Below, piece by piece: positions 25,066-39,101 of a stretch of 64,000 bases of DNA (positions are counted from its first letter, which is position 1; every line of letters begins with the position of its first letter). Origin of the DNA: Bugula neritina. Lineage: Eukaryota > Animalia > Bryozoa. A program made the position numbers and the translations under genes. The notes beneath the pieces were generated by a model, which had not been told where the DNA came from, searched no databases, and worked only from the letters and a program-made list of their open reading frames with translations. Where the stretch lies: assembly GCA_964035545.1 (NCBI GenBank), contig OZ037768.1, positions 6,976,741 through 7,040,740 on the forward strand, read 5' to 3'.

Positions 25066-27918
25066 TGTCTAAAGTGGCTCTTTACACGATTATATATTGG
25101 GTATTAAACAAGAACACTTGTGAAATCCAAGTATACTGCTGATAAATACAATCAAATAGAAGTACTAGTATAATATGAATTTAATGTAATAGGATATAAT
25201 GCCTGTAAACAAGTCCAAATGCTATACTCAATAAACTTTAATCAGGGAATGCAATCATTTAGGCTGGATAAAGCTATTATTGAAATTGGAAAAATTTCAA
25301 TAGTGTAGCAAAAGAACAATGTTACTAAATACACAGCTAATGTTATAATATATCAAAGCCTTGTGTATGCGCATTTCAGTTCAATGCTAACTATGTTTTT
25401 CTTTCAAACCTCTTAATGACAGTCATCTATTAACATTGTTGCTAAGGACTGTTCATGATCACACACCAAGCATTTGGCAAAATTTTGTTTGCATTGTATA
25501 GCATTATATGCACTGATCCAACACAGATATCCTACACTAATTATAACTTTGTTTAAACATTGTCTATGTGTCAATGCCAACAACACCTTTTTTTGCAGGG
25601 TTTGACAACAGTAGACGAAATGGTGTCAAGTTTATATTACTTTTGTAAATTGATTACACATAATTTCATGACAAATTGATGAAAAAATAACACCAATAGT
25701 GGTGAGGGCGTGATACCCATGAACTTATAGCTCTACTGCTAGCTAGGTTTGTTCTTGAATGTTGTCTTAAAACTTTTACATTACATGTATCGCTATATCT
25801 AAATGACTTCTTATTACCTACAAAATCCCCAACCCACCATCTTACTTTTGAAATGAAGTAAAAAAATACATATTCTAGCTGTTTATACCATTTAGGGAGA
25901 TACATTAATAAATTAGTAAATTTATATGGACAAGAAGCTGTAAAAATTAAAATTCTACAATCTATTTCTCTGTAGATTCTAATAAATATCAAGTAATAAT
26001 GTTTTCATTTCAAAAATACCTTTTCATTTACAAGGCCGTACTTGTACTTGCTTTTTCTGCTGACTATAATCTATCACAAACTGCAATTGAGAGAGTTTAT
26101 GTAGTCTAAACTTTAAGTTAATAGCGAGTGCAATACATTCATGCTAGTACTTTGTGCTTCAATAATTCAAACTTGCTGCTACAGAATATGTCTAAACATT
26201 TGAACTCTAATAGTGCTTTTTAAACTCTTACTGTATCACTTATTTGTCATATAAACAACTTAAATTGAGCATGCTACGTGTACTTTTTATAAAAATAACT
26301 ATCGTAATTTTTATAGAACGTATAGCAAGTTTACACGTGTTAGTTATCACTTAAATTAGAAACATATATCAATTGTTTTATATAGGTAAAAAATAAAAAT
26401 GCACAATAACCTTGAACTTTTTAGGCATAAGTTTAAATTAATTGAGTCAACAATTAATGATTTTAATGCCTTTAACTCAAGCTTACTTAAATAATGACAG
26501 GCACATGATATTCTGCTTTGTTTGAGTTTCCAGTTATTGGTTAGAAATGCAAGTTCTAATTTGGTATTTTTTTCTACAGCATGCCTTAATGCCTTTTACT
26601 ATAATTCTGTTCAACACTAATTAAGCAATAAACTATAAGGATCTATATTTTAGACTCTAGAATGACTAAAATGAGTAACAAAATTGTATCAAGTTTTAAA
26701 TAAAAGGAGCTTAATTTTCTTGCAAGATAGAGAGTTGTCTTCACTTTTGATATTGCTGTCTCTGCACAAGTTTCAAACAGTAGATGGATTTTCCCAATGC
26801 AAAGCTTTGCAACTTAGCCTGAGATCCGTAGTTTAAACTGTAATAACAACAGAATCTTTTGAAATCAACATACCTGATTCATTTTATAAACATTTATTTG
26901 GTCTAACAGGCTCAGAATCTCCCAAAGAAGAAACATGTGGATGCAAAGATAATCGCTAAACTCCGGATCTGCAGGTGCACCCTCAGTTATTATTTATTCA
27001 ACCAGGCTCTGAATTATAATTTAATGATGCACCATAGCGGCTAGCCCACACTACCATAATCACTATAAATAATTTTAAGCCAGTCATGAAATATCAATTA
27101 TAAATTAATATTAATTTGACTCAAATGACAAATCTAAATTAAAAGTTAATTGTGATTATGATTAATATTATGATAAGGTATTGATAATGATATTGATTTA
27201 GATTATCAGTATCACTATCAGTATGAGTATCATCATGATGGTAATGATAATTAATATCATACTCATACTGATACTTATAGTCACTATTGCTCGAGTATCA
27301 GTATGACCATCAGTCTCACCATGAGTATCAGTATCGTGAGTATGATAGTATGAGTATCACCATCAGTATGACTATCAAGTATCAAATTCAATGATATTGA
27401 TATCATCATCACAATGATTCACATAATAATAATGGCTATGGTAGTACCATTTTATTAATCTATCAGAGTATCACATGACTAGTCTAAGTCTTACTGCCTA
27501 GAAGTAGATCCTAGAAGTAGACCTAAGGCTAATAGTAATAGGGAATTTTATTAGTAAATGTATCACTAACTATTACTATTAGTATTACTATTATCTGTTA
27601 TTATCATTATGGCTATTAGTATAACTATTCAAATTTTAGTACAAAGAAATTTGGTTTTCTTTTTGACTCTGAAATTAAGACCAAAGTAATGTAGAAGTAG
27701 AAGTAGAACTAGATGATCATTATGACTATTATTATGGTAGTCTACCAAGTATTTTAAAGCAAATTGTTCTTATGGAGCAGACAACTTAATTTTATCAGAG
27801 ACTGGTCTCCATCAAGCAATAACTCCAATGGTGTACTTTCAGTGATTATGTGCCTTACCAAAAATAATGCAACATAAACGCAATCATTTCCAATCGACCA
27901 TGTCAATAACTAACTAAA

Positions 27919-28129
27919 AAAACTCATGCAAGTTTATAGTCACTATCCCTGAGAGAACCTCTGATGGAAGGGGTTTTTGTTAAATCGGGCTAAGGACTTA
28001 TTCAGATGAGGCACAGGAGCAATTATGACTGGATGCTCTTCCTAGCATCACCAATGGCCTTTGTTGGGGTTCGAACCTATGACATTGTGCTTACTAGGCA
28101 AACGCACTAACCCCTAGACCATGGCTGCT
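27919..28129 (-). mobile_element. tRNA-derived SINE, full length, with target-site duplication
   Basis: Minus-strand head AGCAGCCATGGTCTAGGGGTTAGTGCG...CTAGTAAG...GGTTCGAACCC (A and B boxes); TSD GTCAATAACTAAC at 27902-27914 and 28130-28142. Confidence 0.88.
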
Positions 28130-31100
28130 GTCAATAACTAACCAAATGGTAGCTAATTACAATATATAAAAGCTCATAAATGACACAAACTGATATATAA
28201 ACAATATCAAAGGGTATAAAAACACTCAAAAACAAAACAGAACTATGAACTATGTTGCTGCTTAGAACTACTTCTGTATATTCCTGCCCTGTACTGCAGT
28301 TAATACTTTTCTGTGTATTTATCTTTGGTACTGCTTCTATAGACTATAGACTATAGTTCCTCTGAACTGCTGCTATTATGCTTCCATCTATCGATCTTTG
28401 CATCTCTCTCTGCTGCTATTTTTCTAGATAGTTTGCAGATATGTTGCTGCTTTACCTTTTTAGTTATTTTGTTTAGCAGGATATTGCAGTCTTCTAAATA
28501 CAAATTACAGCTTTGCAACCTTAGGTGTATCTTCCCCACAGCATAGTTGCACCAACTAATACAATCATCTTGGAATAACCAATTATAACCAGCTATTAAA
28601 AAATTATAAGGGTTCTTATTATATATTTTTTATATCATATATTGGTAAAATATTTTATTTATTATATGTATTTTTTAAATTAAATTTTGGAGACAGTTAT
28701 TGATAAACTTTGTATGAAAGTAATATTTTTCATTTGATTTAACACATTGAATTTGTTTTGCTTAAATTAATTTAAATTACCTAATCTAACAGTATATTTT
28801 AACAGCATATATTAACATCATATGCCAACTTCGTATAATTGGTTGAGTTTCTTCTAGCTGTTGCTGCATCACCTCATCCTACTATCTTTTGTGAAATAAC
28901 TTGAGAAGTAATTATATATGATAAAATATTTTTCTAGTGAGAAGTGAACACACAAAAGTTATCAAAAGTTCAAGCCTAATTTATCAAATTGGCTGACGTG
29001 GCACTGCAATTATATAACATTTTAAATCTATAATTTGTTACCTGGCAATGGACTTAGGCTAACGTCTGTCACAATTGTCACAACACCTAAATATTGCAAT
29101 ATATTGAAAATTTAAAAGATTAATGTAAATTGCATTTATCCTTTTCAACATTACAGCTTAGTTCTCTATTCTCTAGCTCCAAACTTAGATAAGCAAGACA
29201 TGTAATACGAATATCTATCGTTCAAATATCTGTATATTTACTGCAATAGCCACATGGTGATTCATTTTTTTATTTTAGATTTACTGTGGTTTATGACCAT
29301 TCAATACATCAACTAAGGAAATCTTCTTTGCGGCAGTCTAAGAATACATTGTGTTGATTTTATCTTGATATGTTGTGTTAACATCTACAAGCATCTATGT
29401 AGTTGGCAGTGTCAGCAATTCTTCTATTTTTTAGTGTTTTGTCAAGTTTGGTTCATGGATTTTTTTTCAAAATTGCTTAAAGAATAAAAGCTTCATATGT
29501 TTTTGTTGAAAAAGTTAACTTCAATGGGAAAACAACTTCTTATCTCTGAATTTTAAAATCTTGAAAATTTTGCTGATTTAAAGTTTAATATAATATTGTA
29601 ATGGTGAATATTTATTTGAAAGACTTGTTATCGAAAACACCAATAACAATTTTTGGAAGAGCTTACAGAGAGTATAGAAATGGTAGAAGTTTTAAATATT
29701 GGTTTCTAAATTTCCAACATGATTTATTTAAAGGTTATTAGTGCAAGAATGCAGGCTTAAGTGTTATATGACAGCAATTACTTTTCTTTTTTTTAAATAT
29801 AGCGTACTATTATTTTTCTATTTCAGGATGTCAACTGTGAATGTAAAGTACGGGAGAAATATTGACTCTAAAGAACCGACAGATGCTGCTGTTTTATCCC
29901 TACACTTGCTTTTTAAGTGTTCAACAATTGAAAGTATTCAATTTACACTCACAGGTGTTATTTTTTAAACTTTTGTAAGGATGATTTGAATTTAGTGCTT
30001 GCAATGAGATGTTTTCATTCAGGCAGGCAGCTTTGCATGCTATGTTATATTATGACAGAGACTTTATTAAACAGCCTTAACTGCACTGCAAGCCCTGCAA
30101 GGATGGTCATTAAAAAGCTAAGCTTCAAGTTTAGGAACTACAAATATTTATTTGGGATATCATTTAGTGATTTTGAATCCTCGTGAATTAAACAATCTTT
30201 TATATTACTATGGCTGTCTACTGGTTATTTATATTAGATGGTTTTTATCATTGAAGTGTCACATTTTCTTTCCATTGTTTATATAATGTTCTATAATTAT
30301 ACCCAACAGTTTAGATCAAATAATTTTAATGTGATTGCAATTATTTTATAGAGTCATGACCTTGTTGTGTTTGACCTGCATTTATATATTTAGCTGAGTC
30401 TGGGAAGATTACTTACTAAGTTCAAGGAACTTTAATAAAATAATAGTAAAATCAATACAATGAATTAGAAAGTAGTGTAAGTGCATGTATTTAATTTATT
30501 GTATATAATAGTTTTGTCCAAGATTAATACCTAAGCTATAGAAATTAAAGCTTATTGGCCTGTCTATGAAATTGCAGGATGCAGGTGAAAGAGTTCTGAA
30601 TAATGACAGTTTGTAGCAAGTGCAACACCATGCTAGGTGCTATCTACAAAATATTTTTAGTTCTTTAGCAACTGAAGCCTCATTTAAGATGGTATGTTGA
30701 ATATAATATAATGTATTTTGCACCTGTTTACAATTATTGAGTGAAAAAAAAACAGTGTCTTCTATTAAAATAAGTTCATTTAATTGTTGCAACAATTTGT
30801 TATTTTATTACAAGTAAACAATGCAACACCATATGTAGACATAGATTCATTTGTATCTCTACCATGAAATGCTGATCGTATTTAACTGTATACTTATCCT
30901 TAGAACTATTATTGTACAAGTAAATTAGTCTTAGTTTTAACCTAATTTCATGTAACTTGGTCTCAAGGAGAATATAAACTGGAAACGTTTACCAACAGTT
31001 AACTTCTGACAAGCATCTAGTAGATGTGCAGCATATATTATGCTTCTAAATGTTTTATTTAGAGCTTATTAATTTATTTAAGCATGTCAATTAACAATGT

Positions 31101-31964
31101 AATAAGAAGGAATTAAAGAGCTAGACTGAAAAGACACCCAGGTTGACAGAGTGCTAAGCTTATCAGATTAGCAGGCAGTACAGATCTTAATATAGAATTC
31201 TTAGGAGGTGTCATCCACCTAGATGTTAAGGGCCTTCACCCTATTCAGTATTACAGCCAACACTGCATTTCATTGATTTTGCGTTGACTGTTCATTGTTT
31301 GCAGTGCTACATTTCTGTTTTAGATACATGGATGGGTTTAGAGTATGACTGAATTGTCCTCCACTGCACCAGGTAAACTGGATGAAAATGGAAACATTAT
31401 ATCTTGGAACTATGCGGATAATTATGTAGAGATCGTGGGTGAGAAGAAGGAAACAGGGAAATCTCATGGCTGCATGCAACTTGAACAGATATTATGTAAA
31501 GGTTTGATTATACTCTCCATTTTACAAATTCTTACCTGAAATGGGATTTTGTACTTTATAAATTTACCAATTTATTACTAAGCTGATGAATTTTGTCAGT
31601 TACTTTACCAGTTACACAAGACTGGTAAAGTGTCTTTACTGCTGTTAAACATTGACACTGTCCAGTTGCCATTCTGATTGCAGAGTTGTTAATTGATTTG
31701 CCTTGTCTCTCACATTGTTTTGGATGCTAAAGCTGATAAACTCAAGTTTCAAACTGTGCTATACATTTGTATGCTTGCATGTGTATAGAATATTTAAAAC
31801 CTGTTGACAACAACTTTAACTCATGCAACAATGTTATCTGATGTGATAATTTACCATGCTCCATCATGTGTGATCTTCCCACAAAAAGACAACTGTAACT
31901 TGTATTTATTCATGTTACTGGATTATAACCTCAATGTAAGTTTTGTGCTGAATTTATTTTTACA

Positions 31965-34900
31965 ATGGCTGTTGCAGCTCTAAGGGTTAGAGAAATATTT
32001 GATATCCTAAAAAAGCAGTGGGCGTATATGACAGGTGAGTAATGTCAAATTTATTTTTGCTTATATAGGTGTGTATATTAGACAGCATTTCATATAAATT
32101 TATATAAAAATGTGAAAATCTTTAAGCTTATCTCTTTTTAAATATATTTTTTTACCTTATGTATAGCTAAGAGGTGAGGAGTTGAATGACATAGGTATAC
32201 TTCTTTACATAATCTTGTGCCTCTAGCAACAGCTGTGAAAAGGGTTTTTTACATTATATAATATTTGATGGCAGTAAAAATAAATAAGTTATATTCATTT
32301 TATAGTAGCAAAGTGTTATATTTTGTGATATTTCAGTATAATAATAGGATATAAACTTGGTTTGTGTTTGTTGTGACTGTATTGACAGATTATCAGATGT
32401 TAACTAAACAACAATTAAATATATAAGCTAGGAATCAGTCAATGCTATGAGCCTAGCTACTAACATGAAAGCGTTTAGGCTTTAAGAAAAAGCTATGATA
32501 CAAGCTAAACTTCAAGCTACAGCAATTTCATCATAGTTATAGTTGTGTCACAAAGTAAACAACTATAACTATATGTTAATGATTAGTTGTTATTTAGAAA
32601 TACAGTTGATACTGCTCTAAAAATGGAATTTGTTGTTAGACTATTTTCTTTGAATGTATGTTATGTGTTTCAATTTTACTCCTAGAAAAAAACATAGTCA
32701 TAGACTCTTAGCTCTTTTACCCTCAAAGATGTTCATTTTAAAAGTTTATTTAACATATTCATGTTAGGTGGGCGTGACAGCCATGGGTGTGCCATAATAA
32801 CGATTCCATCTCATTCACCTGAGCTCACACTCAATATAGAGGAGCTGATGAAAACAGTTAAATATCTGGCTGGACTTCCTAGGTGTAGTATAATATCTTC
32901 ATATATCTTTCTAGGTGTAGTATAATATCTTCCTATATCTTCCTAGGTATAGTATAATAGCGTGTGTGTCAAGTTCAAGGAATAAATGTTCAAACTAGCT
33001 TTTCTAAAAAATTGAAAAGTTTTTTTGTTAGCTCTAATTTTAGCAAAAATTTGGTTTTTTTTAATTTGATTTTTAAGTTTATCTTTTTGTCCAACATGTG
33101 GGGGGGGGTGGGTTCTCACAAGAATGAAGATTTTGAATAAACTTAAGTTTATGTGGGTATTGACTATCGCCATTCACCTATAACTATAATACACTAGAAT
33201 ACTATAATTCACCTATAACTATAATACACTATAATACTATAATTCACCTATAGGCTAACTATAATATATATACTTTTATTTCTTGTAGTCAGAAAGTAGC
33301 TGCTCAAGGATTTACTCTGCTGATAAACAACAAAACTGGCTACTATAAGCATCCCAAGTTACTGGTCAGATCTGTTCATGATGCCCTTGCTAGTCTGTAC
33401 GGTCTTTCCCATGTCATCATTATTCATCAGCCTCCATCTTATTCTACTCTAAAGCACAGTCACCGAAATGATAAATATGGAATAGGCTTGGAGGTGAACT
33501 GCTTTGTTTGAATTATTTTTAAGATATTTTTCAGTAAATTTTATTAAAAACTACCATTTTTAATGATGGTTTTTAATAAAATTTTATTTTATTAAAACTA
33601 TTATTAATGATTGTTTTTTTATTGTCTATTGTTTTCAATTGTGATTGGAATATGCAACTTAAGAATTATATGTTTTACTGAAAACAGAACTTCAAGTTTT
33701 ATATCAGCTAGTGAAAAAGATGCTGAACTATATGCTTAATTTACATTGCTTTAATATGTTTACATTACAGCCTATTTTGGTGACTCTGCAAAGGATAATA
33801 ACATTAGTTTCCTGCAATAACTTGTGTAAAGATTTAGGTGGAAACATTGACTATAATCATGAGGAATGGCTACAAAAACAAATGGTAAAATTTTGCGTTT
33901 ATTTGGTATTTAAAATGGTCTAAATTTATTTACTATGCAATTGTACTTTTGTTAATTGTTTAGATTTTAATTTAATTGCCATTATATTGCTGATGGTAGA
34001 CAATTGTTTCAATATCATAAATTTGAGATGATAGCAGAATGAGTATTGAAGCTTATTCACTGTTATAAGATGTTATATAAATTTCCTTAGTTGTTTGTAT
34101 AAAAACTCATGCAAGTTTATAGTCACTATCCCTGTGAGAACTCCTGATGAAAAGGTTTTTTTTTAAAGTGGGCTGAGGACTTATTTTTATGCCTCACAAT
34201 AGAAATCTTGACTGGATACTCTTCCTAACATCACCAATGGCCTTTGTCTGGGTTCGAACCCATGACTTCGTGTTTACTAACCCGAACCCCTAACCCCTAG
34301 ACCACGGCTGCTCCCTTATCCTTAGTTACTTGTATGTTTATTTTTCAATATATGCAACAGATGGTAGAAGAGTTTCTCGATGAGGCCCATTGCATCAGCA
34401 AGAAAATGGAGTCGGCACACTTTGAGATCTTCAGAATGTCTTACAGTAACATTCTGCAAACTTCTAAGCAACTTATAGTTAGAGGTACGTAGCATATAGT
34501 ATACTGTGAATGTATGGTTATGTCTATAACTTTGATACTGCTAGTTCTTTGATTTCAAGCTACGTGATGTATTTATGTGGTTGTAATTTTTTGTTGGCAT
34601 GAATCATATTCAATATTTTATTTGTTTCTCACTTGTTAATTAGTTACACTATGTAAATGAAGTAAATCGGTTGTTTTAGATAGATTGCAGTCTAAAGTTT
34701 CTAAGATCTTCTGAGTCTGCTGTTTTAAAATAAAGTTTTTGCAGCTAGAATGCTGACACCCAGCGCAATTACTAAATAAGACAATACTCATTGGCATTTC
34801 TAATTTTCAATAATAAGTGAGTTTTATTATGGACAGGCAAAGACTTGCTGAGTCAGCTTTTAGCCATTTCTGTTGACGAGGAAAGTGGGTTTATAATTCA

Positions 34901-37900
34901 AGATCGAGTGTTCAATCGCCAGGAGCACGTGCAACTAGCCATTTCTGTTTTGGATGAGCAGCTGAGATTGCATCAAAAATATACTGAGAACTTGGCTAAA
35001 GATTTAGCTGTCAAAACTGAAGCTGGATCACTCCAGAGGAGGATGAAAAAAGTAGTACACTAAATGTGCAGTCTAGTTATTGATGAACACAGACCACAGT
35101 AATATTTTTATTATTTTGTCAGATAGATCAGTTGTTGTTACTAGTGTAGAATGTTTGATAGTTTTCTCTGAAATTTAAACCTTGTCTTACATAATTTATA
35201 GACAATGAATACTCTGCATAGGTTGTTGATTGGGTGCTAACTTGTGGGAAACAACTTCTCACTGATTCAGTTTTTGGAGACAGTGTAGAAAAAGCTGAAT
35301 CTTTTCAAAATAAACACAACAAGAAAGAGCAGCAGTGTTTAGTAAGTACTAGTCTTTGGTAATGATGACTTTTATTAAAGAACTTAAGTTTGCTACTATT
35401 TTAAATAAAAAATGTTAGAATTATTCATTTAATTCAGAGTAAAAAAAGACTCGCTAGTTATGATTTTATTTAAATCCATGTTGAGAACTCTAAGAGATAT
35501 CATAATTATTGATGTGCATATTTGATTTGGTTATTGAGGAGGTATATGCAGAGTTTGCCAGACTAAGATATGAGTGTGAAAAGATGATGGACTCTGGTTG
35601 CGCAGCTGCTGCTGATATTTCCTCTCAACGTGACTATATGAACACAGTTTGCCGAAATTTCGCATCTCAAATGGAACAAAGAAAGGCTTTAATTGTGTGC
35701 TCCGTGAAATTTCACCGTCTGTTTTCTGAGGTAACTACTCTTATGAGTAGCTCTTTCTGTTTCATTGAGCTGAAACCTAAGATCTGTGAGTTATCTCTAA
35801 CTTTGGTGTATCTTGTATCAGTTGCAGTCAAACATGGCGAACATAGAGAAACTGTGTAAGCTACAGATTTCACCTTCTACTTGCCAGTCTATGAAACTGC
35901 AGTTGAACAGGTTAAAATCTAGGTGTACCTTTATTGGTGAGTTTGTCTACATTACCTTAAACATTGAGTACATTAGGGCACTTTTTATCTCAATTTTTGC
36001 ATTTAAAATAAATTTTGATACCCAAGTAAGTTGGTGTTGTTCTAGTTGAAAAATGTATTCTATATTCAGTGTTAAGTAGCTGTTTGGTTTCCTGGGAATA
36101 TTATTGCTACTTTCCATCTGTAGATTCACAATATAAAGAGCTGGTAGTGAGTTGTGAATCCCTTGTCAACCATCTCTTTCTTGAAGCTAGAAGGTCTTCT
36201 AAATCTCTCAACTATCAAACTGACATTGATAAAATTCAGGCTAAGGTAATCTGCTTGTTTTTAGATATGGTTGGTGTGATTAGTAGCTGTTGTAAAAGTG
36301 GATGTTACTGTTTTACTGTTGCTGTATATTTTACTGTTGCTGTATGTTTTAGACTCGTCTTCTTCAGTCGCAGAAGGCAAGATGCGATGAGCTCAGTGAG
36401 ATCAGAAAACTCCGGCTACAGCAGAACCTGCAGTTAGCTACTTGTGAAGGTGATATTGAACAGGTAATGATTGTGTCTTGTTAATTATTCAGATTCATAG
36501 ATACTCAAAATAAAATATTATCCAGTTTTGCTTATAATCATATTTGTCACACTTAAAAGTCTGAGATTCTGATGTTTTGTAAATTTACTTGACTCACAAT
36601 TGTTTTTGAAGTATTTGTGAAAACCCCCAGTGCTACTTGTTTCTACTGTGGAGCAGAGTTGACCAAATGCCTTTCCTTACATCATCAACGGTCTTGTTGG
36701 GATTTGACCCCATGACTTTGTGCCTACTAAGCCAACACTCTAACCACTTGGCCATGGCTGCTCCATTAAAAATATTTACTAAAAATGATCAATAATATAG
36801 TATTATGTTTTTATGAAAGGCCATATCTTGGTTAAGCAACCTGCTTCACCTAGCTACGAAGGAAGATGTCTTCACTCACAATCTTGCAGAAGTTGTCAAA
36901 CTCATGGCTAGTTACACCAAGATGGAGACCACAGCTAACGTAAGGGGGAAATTCGGTTTTGTTTTACTAATTTTGCCTAGTTGTTTAGCAATAAAGTATT
37001 TTTACGACAGTTTTAAAATGTCACTTCCATGTTTTCTCAGTATCATGGAAGCTAAAACTCTTTCTAGTTGCCATGGAAGGTAAAACCCTTATTTAAAATA
37101 TTTAATAGTTAAGTAAGTGAAACATTGTTGGCTTAGTGTTTCTCATTTAGCTGTTGTACAAGTATTTTACTTTTTGATATTTTCAGGAAACATTTAAATA
37201 TGGGAAGCAGCTGCTGGAAACCGCTAAATCGTTACGTAATTCTCTTAAGTATGATACTCAGGAGGTGTGTCAAAATACTGCCCTGTTACAATCTGCTTGG
37301 AGTCGCCTTTCCTTCTCTTTACAAAATAAGATGAAAGACTTGGAAAAAGTAAAGAAGTTTCATGAAGGGGCTGATGAGGTAAACTAAAGTGCTATTTTAT
37401 TCACTTTGTTGTTTATTTAATTTATTATCGCTTTTCCTTCACTCTGAACTTATATTGCAATATATTAAAATATAACTTAGTTGATAAAATCAATTGTTCC
37501 AAGATGTTTTTAACCGTTCTATTATTTTTTTTGCAGCAGTTTAGAATTGCTCAATATTAAAGAAATTTATCAGAATATAATCTATTTCTGATTTGAAAGA
37601 ATGAATATTTTCTGGATTTATTTATTTTCTGGTTATTTTGTATAAATATTGAAATCTGAAGACATTTCCTTCCAGTTTTGTTGTTTGATTTCATCACCTT
37701 TTTGCCACCATGACTAAATACAAGTTATTCCACTTTTTTATGGGCTATATTTTTGCACTTGTAGCTGTTAGAAGTAGCGGAGTCTCTACTTATAAGCTTC
37801 AACAAAAGATGGGACTCTAGTATAACCCCTCCACACTATGGTGCTCTAGTACAAAATTTCTTCAGGCAACACAATATTTCAGAGAAAAGGTTTGTTGCTG

Positions 37901-39101
37901 ACTATCGAAGCATTATGGAGATTGGAGACCAGCTGATCAAGGATAACTGCAGCAGGTTTGCTCTCATCATTGGCATAATATTGGCTCAAATATGTTTTCT
38001 TATTTTACATGTTAAGACAGGGAAATACAATGATTTTTTGTATTAACAATGCATTTCTTAAAACTATTCATTTTGAAGCTACAATGTATCTACACTATTC
38101 AGTTCTGAACAACTTGTGAAGATTTGGTTTAATTATAGAATTGCTGATCGAAAAGTTTTTTTTCTTAGTTAGAGTCGGTATTTACCGTTTTTATATGCCA
38201 AAAATGTATTTATATATTTTTTTTCAAAAATATTTCTGTAGCTCTGAATTTTTAATTAAAGTTTTTGACCTGAAAATTAGCTGATAAACTTAGCATGCAG
38301 ATCTCATTGTTTACAATTATTATTATTTACAAAGAAATGCTAAGTGTAAGGAGGATGCCATAAATCTAAGACCAGAGGCTAAAGTAGAGATCAAGATGTT
38401 TTCTCTTTACACTAAGATAAAGGAATTGCTTCCTCATGTCGATATTCCCTCCTTTACCCCGAGATATAATCAGAGCTCCAGCGCATCGCCTTCTAAAAGT
38501 CAAAGGTAAGGTTTACCAGCATTTGGAGTCTAGTTCAGGCTGTGCATTACACCATATAAAAACGCTGTTCATACTTCTGAACATGCAGTGCTCTCATTTT
38601 TTAGATAAAAAACTCCTGCCGGTTTATAGTTACCATTCCTGAGAAACCCACATGGGAAGAATTTTTAAGCAGGCTAAGGAGTTGTTTTCTATTGTGACAA
38701 AAGAGAATTTATGTCAGAATGCCCTTCCTAACATCACCAATGGTCGTTAATGGGATTCGAACCACTGACCCTGTGTTTACTAGGCTAGTGCTTTAACTGC
38801 TAGACCACTGCTGCTCTCATTTCTTAGATAAAGCGTACAAAACTAAAAGAATGGTAACACCAAACTTTATTTTAGTTTAGTGTGGAATTCAATGCATACC
38901 TCACATTTTGTGAGTAATGAGACATTTGTCTCACTATCTAAATTAGAAGACATCATACTGTTTAGCATCTTGCAGCTCGTTGTTTCGTTATGCAGATCCA
39001 AGACAGCGAAAATTCGCTTCTCCGAAACAACATCTGAATACAGATTCACTCAAATAGAAAGAAAATCCAGTAACACTGCAACTGATGAACAGCTTCAACA
39101 G
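31965..39101 (+). CDS. SESTD1: SESTD1-like Sec14 (CRAL-TRIO) + spectrin-repeat module; 5' part of a zormin-like locus or a separate gene
   Basis: Exons 31965-32034, 32768-32882, 33289-33493, 33771-33884, 34361-34484, 34837-35051, 35222-35341, 35539-35730, 35822-35936, 36124-36245, 36353-36463, 36820-36939, 37187-37378, 37765-37955, 38335-38505, 38996-39101 (or on to stop 39167). Motifs ILKKQWAYMTGGRD, LGGNIDYNHEEWL, VVDWV, ETFKYGKQLL match the SESTD1/Trio-type Sec14 and spectrin repeats. Confidence 0.78.
32875..32959 (+). repeat. 32-bp tandem repeat (~2.6 copies) spanning a splice donor
   Basis: CTTCCTAG|GTGTAGTATAATATCTTCATATAT repeated; donor-like sites after 32882, 32914 and 32946. Confidence 0.85.
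34101..34312 (-). mobile_element. tRNA-derived SINE copy (intronic)
   Basis: Colinear with 27919-28129; degenerate flanking duplication TCCTTAGTT..TTGTAT. Confidence 0.85.
36616..36762 (-). mobile_element. Diverged, internally deleted SINE copy (intronic)
   Basis: Ends in ...CTAACCACTTGGCCATGGCTGCT like the other copies; B-box and body remnants. Confidence 0.7.
38610..38815 (-). mobile_element. tRNA-derived SINE copy with 17-bp TSD (intronic)
   Basis: Head AGCAGCAGTGGTCTAGCAGTTAAAGCACTAGCCTAGTAAACACAGGGTCAGTGGTTCGAATCC; TSD CTCATTT(T/C)TTAGATAAA at 38593-38609 and 38816-38832. Confidence 0.88.
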
